Shown: positions 9,581 to 18,964, counted from the stretch's first letter. The stretch: 64,000 bases of DNA from an uncultured virus (IMG/VR IMGVR_UViG_3300044641_009778) (IMGVR_UViG_3300044641_009778); one strand, 5' to 3'. The notes: generated by a model from the letters alone, not told the origin. Numbers and translations are program-made.

Positions 9581-10230
9581 CGTTGTTCCTCGGATTGGAA
9601 TCGCTTCAATGTTCCATCGGGCTGTGCATGCCAGGCATGGAAATTGGTCGAAGGATACTCTCGTTTTAGTTTTAAAAAGTGCTGCAAATTGGTGCGACTG
9701 TCATCGTACATATGCACACTACCATAAGGGTGCTTATCTAAGTATCGACGCAGGACGGCATTCTTTTTTACTGCGGGCAAATCTTCGCCGGGTTCGTTGC
9801 CGGCTCGGTGCGCGTGTATGGGCTTTTCTGGATGATCTACTGCCACACCGTGACGCCGGAAGGTGTCTAAGAACCGATTCTTATCGTCAAAGTCCGCACG
9901 CGCAGTATTCATGATTACACGACTGTGCGGAACCGACACCACATGATTATGTATGGCCTTCATTTTGTTCAAGATGGGATGTATGGGTTTACTGGTGCGC
10001 TGAAAACGCTTGGCATCCCGAAACTCCGAAAAGTCATACTGATGACCCTTAGGTAATTTATGATCATTGAACTCTGAGTTACTGAGCTTCTGTACAACCT
10101 TGCCAGTGGGATCCTTGACATGAATCTTGGCGCTGGTGTGAAATAGAGTATCGTCGATGTCAAAGACATGCAGGCTGCTTCGGCGAGCTGCCTCGTCTAA
10201 GTCTACGATGTGTTCTAATAGGCTCTTCAT
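9577..10230 (-). CDS. HAD-family phosphatase
   Basis: VFDIDDTLF motif I, NTAR motif II, MYDD motif IV. Confidence 0.85.
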   Translation of the reverse strand: MKSLLEHIVDLDEAARRSSLHVFDIDDTLFHTSAKIHVKDPTGKVVQKLSNSEFNDHKLPKGHQYDFSEFRDAKRFQRTSKPIHPILNKMKAIHNHVVSVPHSRVIMNTARADFDDKNRFLDTFRRHGVAVDHPEKPIHAHRAGNEPGEDLPAVKKNAVLRRYLDKHPYGSVHMYDDSRTNLQHFLKLKREYPSTNFHAWHAQPDGTLKRFQSEEQR

Positions 10231-10586
10231 TTTTTATAATGTGCGTGAACTTGACTGCCGTGAAATTCTACGTAGTGCGCATTCTTAACTGGTGTACCGT
10301 CATCCTTGTGCACAAAGGGATGCTCGGCATCGCCACGCACAAATTTAATCTCGCGTTTGACATGACCTGCGGGTACGGACTTCGCAGGCGTGCCATGCAT
10401 ATAAGCATAGACCCGTTTGCCGGCCTCGTGCGCATCATGATCAACGTGCGGACGGGCATCCTTTAAAATGACATGCGGGTGTTCGCCCTTGAGTCCATGA
10501 CCCTCGCTGTCGTGACGCAGTTGCCAGTGCTGATTGGTGTGGTTATAATTAACCATGTCTTCGTGAAACTGTCTAAATGTCTTCAT
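10227..10586 (-). CDS. His-rich small internal protein
   Basis: Start reassigned to MKTFRQFHED (ATGA overlap). Confidence 0.65.
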   Translation of the reverse strand: MKTFRQFHEDMVNYNHTNQHWQLRHDSEGHGLKGEHPHVILKDARPHVDHDAHEAGKRVYAYMHGTPAKSVPAGHVKREIKFVRGDAEHPFVHKDDGTPVKNAHYVEFHGSQVHAHYKK

Positions 10587-11062
10587 TTTTTGCGTTTGTT
10601 CTTTACTGGTGCAACATAGCCAGGCCTGCGAGTTGGACCAAACTTTCCTCCGGGTCCTCGGGGCCATCCAACAAATCTTGTTTTGGCAAATCCAGCCACT
10701 ACTGTGGGTGCTATGGAATTAATTACTGCAGTATGCGAGTCCTTGGCAAAATCGATGTTGGGCGCACCATCCTTCATCTCGCCAAAAAAGTAATTGAACA
10801 TCTCGGGGTGCACGTCATCGCGATCCACAATGATGGCGTCCCAGGTCTGTGGCCAGTTAGGACCAACTCCGGCCGGTGCAGGTATTTCACGCACAAATAC
10901 ATGAGCATTGCCGCCCATGAGACTGCCGCTAAACCCCAGATGTTTTAATTCGGTGTACAGGCTTTTGAGAAAAGATTTCCAATGGTCGTCTCCGCCGCCT
11001 CCGCCACCGCCGCCCGATCCACCAGGCATTAAGAATTCTCTGAGTTGTTGGAAGGTCTTCAT
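10583..11062 (-). CDS. hypothetical internal protein
   Basis: MKTFQQLREF followed by a poly-Gly linker. Confidence 0.65.
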   Translation of the reverse strand: MKTFQQLREFLMPGGSGGGGGGGGDDHWKSFLKSLYTELKHLGFSGSLMGGNAHVFVREIPAPAGVGPNWPQTWDAIIVDRDDVHPEMFNYFFGEMKDGAPNIDFAKDSHTAVINSIAPTVVAGFAKTRFVGWPRGPGGKFGPTRRPGYVAPVKNKRKK

Positions 11063-12294
11063 TTGGTATCCAACATGGGCATTTTGTCGTTTTTAAAACC
11101 ACCCTTGGTCAGATTGGCCTGACTAAATCCGCCGGCGCCACGATTGATTAATTTCGTAGGACGATTCTCTCGGGTGACTGCCACCGTACCTTCGGCAGTG
11201 GTAGGCTGACCGTTGATGGTGTATTTGTATCCGGTAGAATCTCCGCGAGCCAGCACCGGCAATAAAACATTCTTGGCATTCTGAATGTGCTGATGCATCT
11301 GCAACAGAGCCTGTAGCTGCGCTTTGTTCTTTTTAATGTGAGCCTGATGTGCCTGCAGTTGTGCGGTCTTTTGCGCCTTGGCTTTGTCGGTTTTTACTGA
11401 ATCAATGGCCTTTTGATGTTTGGCTGTGACGTGCTGATGCAAACCTTCCACACTAGGCGCCTCGCCATGCACCACACTTCTGTTGATGTAGGTGGTGACG
11501 TGATCCTGATCCAGACCATGCAGGGCGCCGAAGGTACCGTGACGATCACTCTGAGTAAGCAGCTTACCGGCAGCGTTCATTTCCTTCTTGAACTTTTCAT
11601 GCTCGTCATCAGTGTACTTGGCCTGCTTGGCATCGAATCCTTCGTGCCAGTGATGCATATGCACATCGGGACTTTGTCTAAATCCTGTGGTGTCGGGCGT
11701 ATAGTCAGCCTTCATGGTTTCTAGATTGGTGCCTCGGTAACCAGTATGTACATAGAACCCCATCTTGGCTCGAGCTATCTTCGCAGCCTGCGGCGATTTT
11801 TTATCGGCAGTATATTGTATGAGCTGCGGCTTGAAATGATAGTTGCCCTTTTCGTCCTGAGTCACATCGCCGTCGTCTTTGTGATACAAAAAGTCGCCCT
11901 GATAAACACCAGCACGGGGTGCTACCTTGGGAAGATGTTTGAGTGCAGCTTTGAGTTTACTGACCAGACCCGGAGCGTGACCGTGGTTGCGTTCGATGTC
12001 GGCCGCGGTGTAATTGAGCTTGGGATCTTTGTTGAAGGCGCTCTTGCTGGCCACAAAGAATTTACCGGTTTCTGGATGATGACCAAACACTACGCTGGGT
12101 GCGCCATCGTACTTGGTCATGACCTTGGTACCCGAGTCATGACCCTGCAGATGCTCAGCAGTGGTCTTCAGAGTATTAAAGGCGTGATGAAATCCGGGCT
12201 CGCCGGATTTGATTAGGTGATCTTCGGGATGCTCAAGATGCTTGAGCTTGTCTTCGGTGGTTTCTTCCACCAGGAAACTGGTAAAGCCTCGCAT
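11059..12294 (-). CDS. DUF6267-like protein with RNA-ligase/covalent nucleotidyltransferase motifs
   Basis: TKYDG, YQGDF, EGTV, KLINR; HLEHPED N-terminus. Confidence 0.7.
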   Translation of the reverse strand: MRGFTSFLVEETTEDKLKHLEHPEDHLIKSGEPGFHHAFNTLKTTAEHLQGHDSGTKVMTKYDGAPSVVFGHHPETGKFFVASKSAFNKDPKLNYTAADIERNHGHAPGLVSKLKAALKHLPKVAPRAGVYQGDFLYHKDDGDVTQDEKGNYHFKPQLIQYTADKKSPQAAKIARAKMGFYVHTGYRGTNLETMKADYTPDTTGFRQSPDVHMHHWHEGFDAKQAKYTDDEHEKFKKEMNAAGKLLTQSDRHGTFGALHGLDQDHVTTYINRSVVHGEAPSVEGLHQHVTAKHQKAIDSVKTDKAKAQKTAQLQAHQAHIKKNKAQLQALLQMHQHIQNAKNVLLPVLARGDSTGYKYTINGQPTTAEGTVAVTRENRPTKLINRGAGGFSQANLTKGGFKNDKMPMLDTK

Positions 12295-12326
12295 GTTCGC
12301 CCATTGGAATAAATGATTTGACCTAT

Positions 12327-12333
12327 TATTTAT
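12327..12333 (-). promoter_or_regulatory. late promoter (ATAAATA)
   Basis: Upstream of the internal-protein operon. Confidence 0.6.
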
Positions 12334-13736
12334 GCCGTTCCGTATTTCAACTCGTAGTTCAGGGTACCCTGGCTAGCCTCGATGCTGGTGTAACCGCTCT
12401 TGGTACCGATGATCTTCAGGGTGGCTTCGCCGCTGCGCAGCATCTTGAACTGTATGGTGCCGTCCTTGAGCAAAGGACCGGTCTGTAGATTGGCTTGATA
12501 GTAGTCCTTGGCCCCCAGGATCTTCAGCATGATTTTGATGCTCTCGGCATCGTTGTTCAGAGCCTCGGCAAGTTTTTTGCTAAGAAACACCGTTGTACTG
12601 CTGTCCAGATTGCGCAGCGCAGTTTCATTGTTGTCGGCCTTCATGGCAGCTGCCAAGGCAGTATAGGCCCGGCGACTAGCAGGACTGTATTTAGTCATGT
12701 CGTCCGTGGCCTTGAAATCCTGATAGACCTGATAGGTATTGGGAACTGCCTTGCTGTCGAGTTTTAGGATATGACGAATACCAGCTTCATACACAATCTT
12801 TTTACTGCTGGTCTTCAATGCTCGTTCATCGGTCACACCCAGTGTAGTGGCTGCGCCGTACAATTTTTTAATCCAGGTATCACGATTTTGCAATATGTTG
12901 GGATTCTTAAGAATATAGCTAAGTATATTGCTGAACAGACTGGCGGGCGCGCCGGCATCGGCTTTGCTGCTCACCGGAGCATAACTGCCATCCTGTAGTT
13001 CAAAGGCACTGTCTGCTCCGGGAAAACTTTCGTCCAAGGGCAGAACAAAACTACGCACACTTCGACCTGTGAATGGGTTGGTGCCTGTAATGTTGCTGCT
13101 GGCCTTGCCGCTCAAGACAATCAGACCCACCACCAGTTCGCCGACGTATTTGGCGAACTGATTTTTCTCAGAATCGTCGATGGCATCCAACCATTTAATT
13201 TTGGTGAAGTCCGAGCCGCTGAAATAATTGATCAGGCTTTTCTTAAAATTAGGATTTTGATCCAGCAGTCGATTGGCCTGCAGATTGGCTTTAACGATGC
13301 GACAAAGTTCGCCTGTAGTTTTAAAAACCGCACACTCTACATTTTCGTGACCCAAGAGATTGATGCGAACCTTGGGCGCACCGCTGATGAGATTGGCACT
13401 TTGAAGTTTATAGTCCGAGGAACCGGTTTCTTTATTTTTGCTGAGATCGTCGATGTCTACTAGGTAGCGACGACCTTTGATGGTGGCGGGTATGCGAATT
13501 TTAGCCTTTTCACTTACGGGCTGACCTCGACGCGGCGGTGAAGTAAGATAGCTCAAAACCTCTTCTTCAGTAAGGCTGTCTACGGTAGCAACCTCACCCT
13601 GAAAACTCAATGTTTGAAAGCTAGAAGGATCGCTGGGTGTACTGACTTTGATGGTAGAGCTCTTGACTACGGTCTGTACTTTGCCCTTGCCCTTGTAATA
13701 TTTGCGCCATGCGCCAATGCCGCCTGTGCTAGCCAT
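12330..13736 (-). CDS. hypothetical, possible divergent PD-(D/E)xK nuclease
   Basis: GE...PGADS...PVSSK pattern. Confidence 0.55.
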   Translation of the reverse strand: MASTGGIGAWRKYYKGKGKVQTVVKSSTIKVSTPSDPSSFQTLSFQGEVATVDSLTEEEVLSYLTSPPRRGQPVSEKAKIRIPATIKGRRYLVDIDDLSKNKETGSSDYKLQSANLISGAPKVRINLLGHENVECAVFKTTGELCRIVKANLQANRLLDQNPNFKKSLINYFSGSDFTKIKWLDAIDDSEKNQFAKYVGELVVGLIVLSGKASSNITGTNPFTGRSVRSFVLPLDESFPGADSAFELQDGSYAPVSSKADAGAPASLFSNILSYILKNPNILQNRDTWIKKLYGAATTLGVTDERALKTSSKKIVYEAGIRHILKLDSKAVPNTYQVYQDFKATDDMTKYSPASRRAYTALAAAMKADNNETALRNLDSSTTVFLSKKLAEALNNDAESIKIMLKILGAKDYYQANLQTGPLLKDGTIQFKMLRSGEATLKIIGTKSGYTSIEASQGTLNYELKYGTA

Positions 13737-13770
13737 AAAAAACTCCGGTGGATTAGACCGGAGTATTTAT
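13737..13770 (-). promoter_or_regulatory. late promoter overlapping an SD-sequestering/terminator hairpin
   Basis: ATAAATA overlapping ACTCCGGT-loop-ACCGGAGT-TTTTT-ATG. Confidence 0.65.
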
Positions 13771-14486
13771 CTATTGTATTCGCACATTTTCATTATAACA
13801 TTATGTAGAGCGCGGTCCACCGGCAGTCCAGACTTCTTTTGCTCTATTAATTTAAATTTAGCTTCATTGAGTATATTGATGCAAAGACCTTTGTAAGATA
13901 AACTCGGAACAACCAATTTGACTTTACTGCCATGTCGCTCAAAGCCCGCCCAGTTGATAAATCTAGCCTTGGACTTTTTTTCCTGGGTTAAGAGCTCTAC
14001 GGTTTTTTTACCTGATAGCATGCAAGCATCGATAAATTCGTTGCGGCTTTTATCGAACGCAACCAAAATACTTGGCCTATTTTTAGTTTTTAAATTATCT
14101 TCAGTATTAATAGACCATTTAGCCATTATTACCGATGACAACGGCATTTTACTGTTATCTCTGACGCAGCATATTCCGCCACGAGGACCTACGGTGAAGT
14201 TTTCGCTGCTAATGGTGGAGAATTTTAATTCAATTTCCTGCAGTTCGCCGTCGAGCATCATTACAGCATCTGCACCGGTTTTACCGGTCAAGGGCAGAGC
14301 CCCGACCGCAACCGCAGTCATAATGTCATGCACTTTATCCATGAGACTCAGCGGGGCCTGTTCGCCGGCAGCAACATCAAAGAAATGGTACCGCGATATG
14401 TCCAGACTCTTTTTATAATTGCGTTGAAAATATTCTGTATTCTCTGCAACGCGACGCCGAAATTCCGCTTTGGATATCATGATCAT
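13767..14486 (-). CDS. PD-(D/E)xK endonuclease-like protein
   Basis: GADA...EIELK motif; AT-richer than flanks. Confidence 0.6.
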   Translation of the reverse strand: MIMISKAEFRRRVAENTEYFQRNYKKSLDISRYHFFDVAAGEQAPLSLMDKVHDIMTAVAVGALPLTGKTGADAVMMLDGELQEIELKFSTISSENFTVGPRGGICCVRDNSKMPLSSVIMAKWSINTEDNLKTKNRPSILVAFDKSRNEFIDACMLSGKKTVELLTQEKKSKARFINWAGFERHGSKVKLVVPSLSYKGLCINILNEAKFKLIEQKKSGLPVDRALHNVIMKMCEYNR

Positions 14487-14854
14487 GCCTCGTAGTCGAT
14501 TTTATGAATCATGCTGAGTTTCTTCGGTACATCCCAGGACTTTAGATAGTCGTTGTCTTTATCGAAGATCTCTAGATACTCTGCTTCGGTGATGACGCGC
14601 GAGCTTAGAATGCTTTCGCCGATGAACTCCTGACTAAGTTCGGCAGCGCGCTCCATTACTACTTCGTCGCAGGCATGCTCTTCTTTGTCGGCCAACACCG
14701 CATAACGCATGCGATGCTGTGAAATGGTTTCCACCAGCACCAGTACTTTACCGTCGGCTCGTTCGGTCAACGTCGGAACATCGTCGGGAACATAGCTGTA
14801 TACTCCCTTGCGACCATCGTTGTCCACTAATGGTAAGAATACTTGCTTCATCAC
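14483..14854 (-). CDS. hypothetical protein
   Basis: Coupled ORF. Confidence 0.7.
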   Translation of the reverse strand: MMKQVFLPLVDNDGRKGVYSYVPDDVPTLTERADGKVLVLVETISQHRMRYAVLADKEEHACDEVVMERAAELSQEFIGESILSSRVITEAEYLEIFDKDNDYLKSWDVPKKLSMIHKIDYEA

Positions 14855-15738
14855 ACCTCCACATATTTAAGTTTAAAATCATCGGCTCGAGATTCATAGC
14901 CGTCGTAACCGCGGGGATTGCAGACAATGCGGGTAGTGCCAATCATGTAGTCAAACTCTTCGTGAGTATGTCCATGAGTCCATAATCGAATCTGTCGACG
15001 ATCCAAGATAAAATTGTCTAGATTGGTGCTGTAGGCACCGTTGACCAAGACTTCTTTCTTATAGCGGGGGTGAGTACTGGCCTTGCTGGGTGCGTGATGC
15101 CCAACCACCACCGTAGTCATTTCTGGATACAAGGCCAGCACCTGATCCAAGGCTTCTAAAAATTCGCGATGCTCGGCCACGGTGTCTTCGGGAGTGAAGG
15201 GCGCGGGGCGTTGCTTCATGGTCCAGCTGTTGGGTTCATCGGCTGCAGCATGATAGTCGCGATAGTTCACCATGCGATTGCTGTTATCCACACCGCGATA
15301 GTCATTCATTCGGTAGGCAATTTCTCGCATGGTGTGTGGATCTTCGCCATTCATGTCGGTCCACAGCGTACCGCCGAAGAACAGTATGCCGTTGATGATG
15401 CGATAGTCGTTGTCCAGGAAATGTACATTGTGCAGGTCGCCGAAGGTACCCTGAATGATTTTTGCGGTCTTGGCATAGTCACCGTGATAGTGTTCGTGGT
15501 TGCCCATGATCAAGATTACCTGCGGAAAGCGTTCCGCACACCGCACTACAAAGTTATTGTAGCGTTCGGCTCGAGCCACCACCGAGGCCGTGGCCGGCAC
15601 GGTAGCGCTGCCATGCGCTGCTAGATCGTCGGCCACTAGAATGTCGCCGCCCAGGATCAGCACATCGGCGTCTTCGTCGTTGTGGAGATCTAGATCGCCG
15701 AACTCTAGATGCAGATCCGAACATACTGCTATTTTCAT
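14851..15738 (-). CDS. calcineurin-like metallophosphoesterase
   Basis: SDLH, GGD, GNHE, HHAP, HGHTH. Confidence 0.9.
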   Translation of the reverse strand: MKIAVCSDLHLEFGDLDLHNDEDADVLILGGDILVADDLAAHGSATVPATASVVARAERYNNFVVRCAERFPQVILIMGNHEHYHGDYAKTAKIIQGTFGDLHNVHFLDNDYRIINGILFFGGTLWTDMNGEDPHTMREIAYRMNDYRGVDNSNRMVNYRDYHAAADEPNSWTMKQRPAPFTPEDTVAEHREFLEALDQVLALYPEMTTVVVGHHAPSKASTHPRYKKEVLVNGAYSTNLDNFILDRRQIRLWTHGHTHEEFDYMIGTTRIVCNPRGYDGYESRADDFKLKYVEV

Positions 15739-15932
15739 TTCATTTCCTGTTGATTTTCAACTATGACTTGACACATGCTGCTAAGCGGTATAGTGGCAAT
15801 GAACAACAACAACCATAACCAACTTTCGGTGCGGGCAATAAGACTGCTGATGGTCATGATGCAGAATACATCGAAGGTATTCATGCTGCGTTCGAACAAA
15901 AACCGACTTAGAAAGCTAAAAATTTTCATCAT
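15735..15932 (-). CDS. small membrane protein
   Basis: Hydrophobic; GGAG RBS; promoter directly upstream. Confidence 0.55.
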   Translation of the reverse strand: MMKIFSFLSRFLFERSMNTFDVFCIMTISSLIARTESWLWLLLFIATIPLSSMCQVIVENQQEMK

Positions 15933-15938
15933 GTCTCC

Positions 15939-15966
15939 ATTATAAAGGAACGCTGCGGAATGTCAA
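15939..15966 (-). promoter_or_regulatory. early sigma70-type promoter
   Basis: TTGACA-N16-TATAAT with CGTTCCT in spacer. Confidence 0.7.
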
Positions 15967-16787
15967 GTCCAGAGTGCTTGACGAATTTTGATCAGACGAA
16001 TCATCATGGCCTCGTCTTCGGCTTCGTATTCTTCTTCCATGCGGTGCATCTGTTCTAACATGGGACCGGTGTCGACCTTTTCTTCGTTGTCGTCGCCAAA
16101 GAGCCAGTCATCGGATTCTCGGCGGCGGCGCGCACAGTACTCCGACCAGCCACTGACATCCATGGGCTCGGGTCGCTTGGGTCGAATTTCCGTCCACCAG
16201 TGATACAGTTCGTAGATTTCTCGGGCTGTCTTGGCCTGTGGGCTGGGCTTGCCATACTCCGGATCGTCTTCGGCCACCCAATCGATGTTGGTCAAGGCCA
16301 TCTGCCAGTTCAGGTTATCCAGGCCGGCCTCGGCGGATCGCCACACTCTTACGTTCCACCAACCAAAGCGCCACCAGGGTGCGTTATACTTTTTGCGCTG
16401 TTCTCGGTCTTCCCAGACCAGATGAAACCAGGCCAGTTCTACTTCAACAAAGTCAACAAGCTCATTAAAAAGACATGGAAGAAAACGCCAGCCAACATCA
16501 CGCCACTGGCCGCGAGGAATGTCGCTTGGATGAGCAGTGAGAGCGTGGGTGCGAGTAATCCAACGATTGTTGATGTAATATTTGATGGCATAGAGTTGGT
16601 CCGGAATAAAATAAACAATGCGCTGCAGGTAATCCAGGCCTTCGTCGGCCAACCAGTATCGAACGGGGTGTGCGGTGCGAGCAGCTTGACGCCAACGACG
16701 CCAGCCTTCGCTGGTTTCAGCCTTGGGTGAAGGTGTGCCTCGCAACCAATCGGCAAATTTTGAACAGGTCCAGTAATGATTACGCAC
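15963..16787 (-). CDS. hypothetical Trp-rich phage protein
   Basis: Long ORF with AGGAG RBS. Confidence 0.75.
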   Translation of the reverse strand: MRNHYWTCSKFADWLRGTPSPKAETSEGWRRWRQAARTAHPVRYWLADEGLDYLQRIVYFIPDQLYAIKYYINNRWITRTHALTAHPSDIPRGQWRDVGWRFLPCLFNELVDFVEVELAWFHLVWEDREQRKKYNAPWWRFGWWNVRVWRSAEAGLDNLNWQMALTNIDWVAEDDPEYGKPSPQAKTAREIYELYHWWTEIRPKRPEPMDVSGWSEYCARRRRESDDWLFGDDNEEKVDTGPMLEQMHRMEEEYEAEDEAMMIRLIKIRQALWT

Positions 16788-16873
16788 AGCACACTCTCCT
16801 TGAATTAGTGCCGGTTACGGCTCCGGCGTTGTCGTCGATTTAATTGTTAAATGCCAGACAACCGATTTCAGCA

Positions 16874-17128
16874 TTAGTTACCGAAGGCTTCGGTGCCAAA
16901 TACTGCATAGGCTTGAGCCACCATGGCGCGGCTCGGAGTGCCCAGACGGTAGAAGGTCTTACCGTCGGTCTTGCGAGTGTCGCTATACACAGCATAGCCT
17001 TCACCGCGCAGTTTGCTGATCTGCGAGCGCACAGAGTCAGGGGTGGTGGCAACAAGGCCAGCCAGTTGACCAGATGTAAAACGCTTGCCGGACTTCAGCA
17101 CCTTCAAGATACGATCACTTTGAGTCAT
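16874..17128 (-). CDS. winged helix-turn-helix protein
   Basis: TSGQLA...SVRSQISKLRGEGYAVY HTH pattern. Confidence 0.75.
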   Translation of the reverse strand: MTQSDRILKVLKSGKRFTSGQLAGLVATTPDSVRSQISKLRGEGYAVYSDTRKTDGKTFYRLGTPSRAMVAQAYAVFGTEAFGN

Positions 17129-17155
17129 TACAACATCTCCATACCGCCGACTAGG

Positions 17156-17191
17156 AAAAACGCAGAGCCGCGGCGGTGTATCGGCTCTGCG
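17156..17191 (-). terminator. hairpin plus U-tract (also possible pseudoknot)
   Basis: 10-bp stem CGCAGAGCCG/CGGCTCTGCG followed by TTTTT. Confidence 0.6.
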
Positions 17192-17201
17192 TTGGCTGCA
17201 A

Positions 17202-17531
17202 TTACGCAGCCCGCTTCTGTGCAGTCTTGGTTGCGCTGCCTACAACGGCCTGAGCCATTTTGCTCGGCTTGGCTGCGCGAGGCTGGCGCTTGGCGATGGT
17301 GGCCTCGATCACCGCGCGGTACTCCGGTACCGACATGAACTCCGGCAATGTGGCCAGATATTTAGCCAGGGCATCGCGATCCATGGGGTTGGGCAGCGCC
17401 ACATACTTGATGCGAGTATCGCCGGCGCGAGTTTGACGTGCGATGCTGTCTTCTACGCTCAGAGTGCTGTTGCGCACCTTCCAAGTGCCTTTAACATTGC
17501 AGCTAACGCCAGCGGTTACAAATTTACTCAT
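17202..17531 (-). CDS. hypothetical early protein
   Basis: AGGAG RBS, promoter upstream. Confidence 0.7.
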   Translation of the reverse strand: MSKFVTAGVSCNVKGTWKVRNSTLSVEDSIARQTRAGDTRIKYVALPNPMDRDALAKYLATLPEFMSVPEYRAVIEATIAKRQPRAAKPSKMAQAVVGSATKTAQKRAA

Positions 17532-17580
17532 ACTATTCTCCTAATGTAATGTGATGTGTGAACTTCATACTGCAACTACT

Positions 17581-17609
17581 ATGATAGCACCTTCGGTGCA
17601 AAATGTCAA
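17581..17609 (-). promoter_or_regulatory. early promoter
   Basis: TTGACA-N17 (ending TGC)-TATCAT. Confidence 0.65.
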
Positions 17610-17612
17610 TAC

Positions 17613-17828
17613 CTATTTAAGGGTACGAACATAGGGCGTGACCGAACCATCAATATTGTAGCGACCAACGGCTCGAGTACCTTTACTATCGGTGCGATAT
17701 GCGGTTCGGTACTGATAATACGCTGCCCGCTGCGCTTCGAAAACTTCGGGATTGGTGACCAAGACTCCATCGACTTTGATGTGAGCCGGCGGCAGTGCTA
17801 CAAACCCATTGCTGTCTAGATTAATCAT
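17613..17828 (-). CDS. hypothetical protein
   Basis: Start MINLDSNG, GAGG RBS. Confidence 0.55.
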   Translation of the reverse strand: MINLDSNGFVALPPAHIKVDGVLVTNPEVFEAQRAAYYQYRTAYRTDSKGTRAVGRYNIDGSVTPYVRTLK

Positions 17829-18024
17829 TGAACGCCTCGCGATTGAATTCACCGGGTACCGCAATTTCCAGAATCTCGCAGACATCGTCGATGCTCATCT
17901 GCGTCTCCATGGCAATGTATTCGATGTCGTCCAGACTAAAGTCAGTGATGCCGATGTCAAAATCATCGCAGAGACTGTCGGCAACTTCTAAAACTTCGAT
18001 TACTCGATTCTTAATCTTTCCCAT
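17821..18024 (-). CDS. small acidic hypothetical protein
   Basis: Start MGKIK, AGGAG RBS. Confidence 0.6.
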   Translation of the reverse strand: MGKIKNRVIEVLEVADSLCDDFDIGITDFSLDDIEYIAMETQMSIDDVCEILEIAVPGEFNREAFND

Positions 18025-18038
18025 GATTAATCTCCTTA

Positions 18039-18314
18039 TCAATATGCAATTTCTGTGCCGTCGGAGCTGACCAGCACTGTTTCTTCTTCGCGTCTAGCGT
18101 CCATCATTTCAGCAAGGATGAACTTGGCAACGTTCATCTGCTTGCGAATCTGTTCTTTGGTATCCACACCGAAATTCTGCATTTCTTGACAATCCGACAA
18201 AATGCCCATTACAACCATTTCAAGACCTGAGAGTCTAGCAGTGATGCTGTTGATGTACTGATCACGGATATCGTCTTCGGTCATACCATAGCACTTGGAT
18301 TCAAATTCAGTCAT
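18039..18314 (-). CDS. hypothetical early protein
   Basis: Start MTEFESK after AAGGA RBS. Confidence 0.65.
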   Translation of the reverse strand: MTEFESKCYGMTEDDIRDQYINSITARLSGLEMVVMGILSDCQEMQNFGVDTKEQIRKQMNVAKFILAEMMDARREEETVLVSSDGTEIAY

Positions 18315-18344
18315 TTCGTTTCCTTTCTTATTCATCATACTACC

Positions 18345-18372
18345 ATTGTATAGGAACGATGCTAGAAGTCAA
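18345..18372 (-). promoter_or_regulatory. early promoter (repeat class)
   Basis: TTGACT-TCTAGCATCGTTCCTA-TACAAT. Confidence 0.75.
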
Positions 18373-18542
18373 CCGTTTTCTGCCGCGTCAAACGCCAAGC
18401 AGATCAAGGCTTTTGAAGCGACCCTGACGCAGGTCGCTCCAGCGTCGCTGGTTTCGCTCCACACGCTGACGATATTTCGGGGTCCGCAGATCACGAGCCA
18501 CACAATTTCGTTGTTGTAGTTTATTAGCATTGGTCTTGGTTT

Positions 18543-18731
18543 TCACAGTTCTTCTAGAAAATTTTGGAGGTAGACATCTTCTTCGGCATCGGCCAGAATT
18601 TCTTCTAACTCTTGACGAATTTTTTCTTCGGATACATCAAAGGCTTCGTTTTGGGAGTAGTACTCAAACATTACTCCACGAAGTACTTCGATTTGCTGGG
18701 GGGTTAAAGAAACATTAACAGATTTAGACAT
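18543..18731 (-). CDS. small acidic hypothetical protein
   Basis: Start MSKSV after AAGGA RBS. Confidence 0.6.
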   Translation of the reverse strand: MSKSVNVSLTPQQIEVLRGVMFEYYSQNEAFDVSEEKIRQELEEILADAEEDVYLQNFLEEL

Positions 18732-18762
18732 TTCGGTTCCTTTCCTATTCATCATAACCACC

Positions 18763-18790
18763 ATTGTATAGGAACGATCCGAAATGTCAA
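18763..18790 (-). promoter_or_regulatory. early promoter (repeat class)
   Basis: TTGACA-TTTCGGATCGTTCCTA-TACAAT. Confidence 0.75.
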
Positions 18791-18801
18791 GCACCGCTAA
18801 G

Positions 18802-18957
18802 TCATTGATTTTCTTGGGGTTCTTCTTCGAGTTCGATGAGCCCGCGTTCGTGCAGGGTATTGATGGTGGCTACTATGCCGTCGATTCGGCCGCCCTTGTA
18901 GGCCAGCCAGGCCACCAGAGGATAGCCAGCAATGCTGATGAGGTCAAAAAATTCCAT
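18802..18957 (-). CDS. 51-aa single-TM protein (not in ORF track)
   Basis: MEFFDLISIAGYPLVAWLAYKGG...; AAGGA RBS. Confidence 0.55.
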   Translation of the reverse strand: MEFFDLISIAGYPLVAWLAYKGGRIDGIVATINTLHERGLIELEEEPQENQ

Positions 18958-18964
18958 GTGGTCC

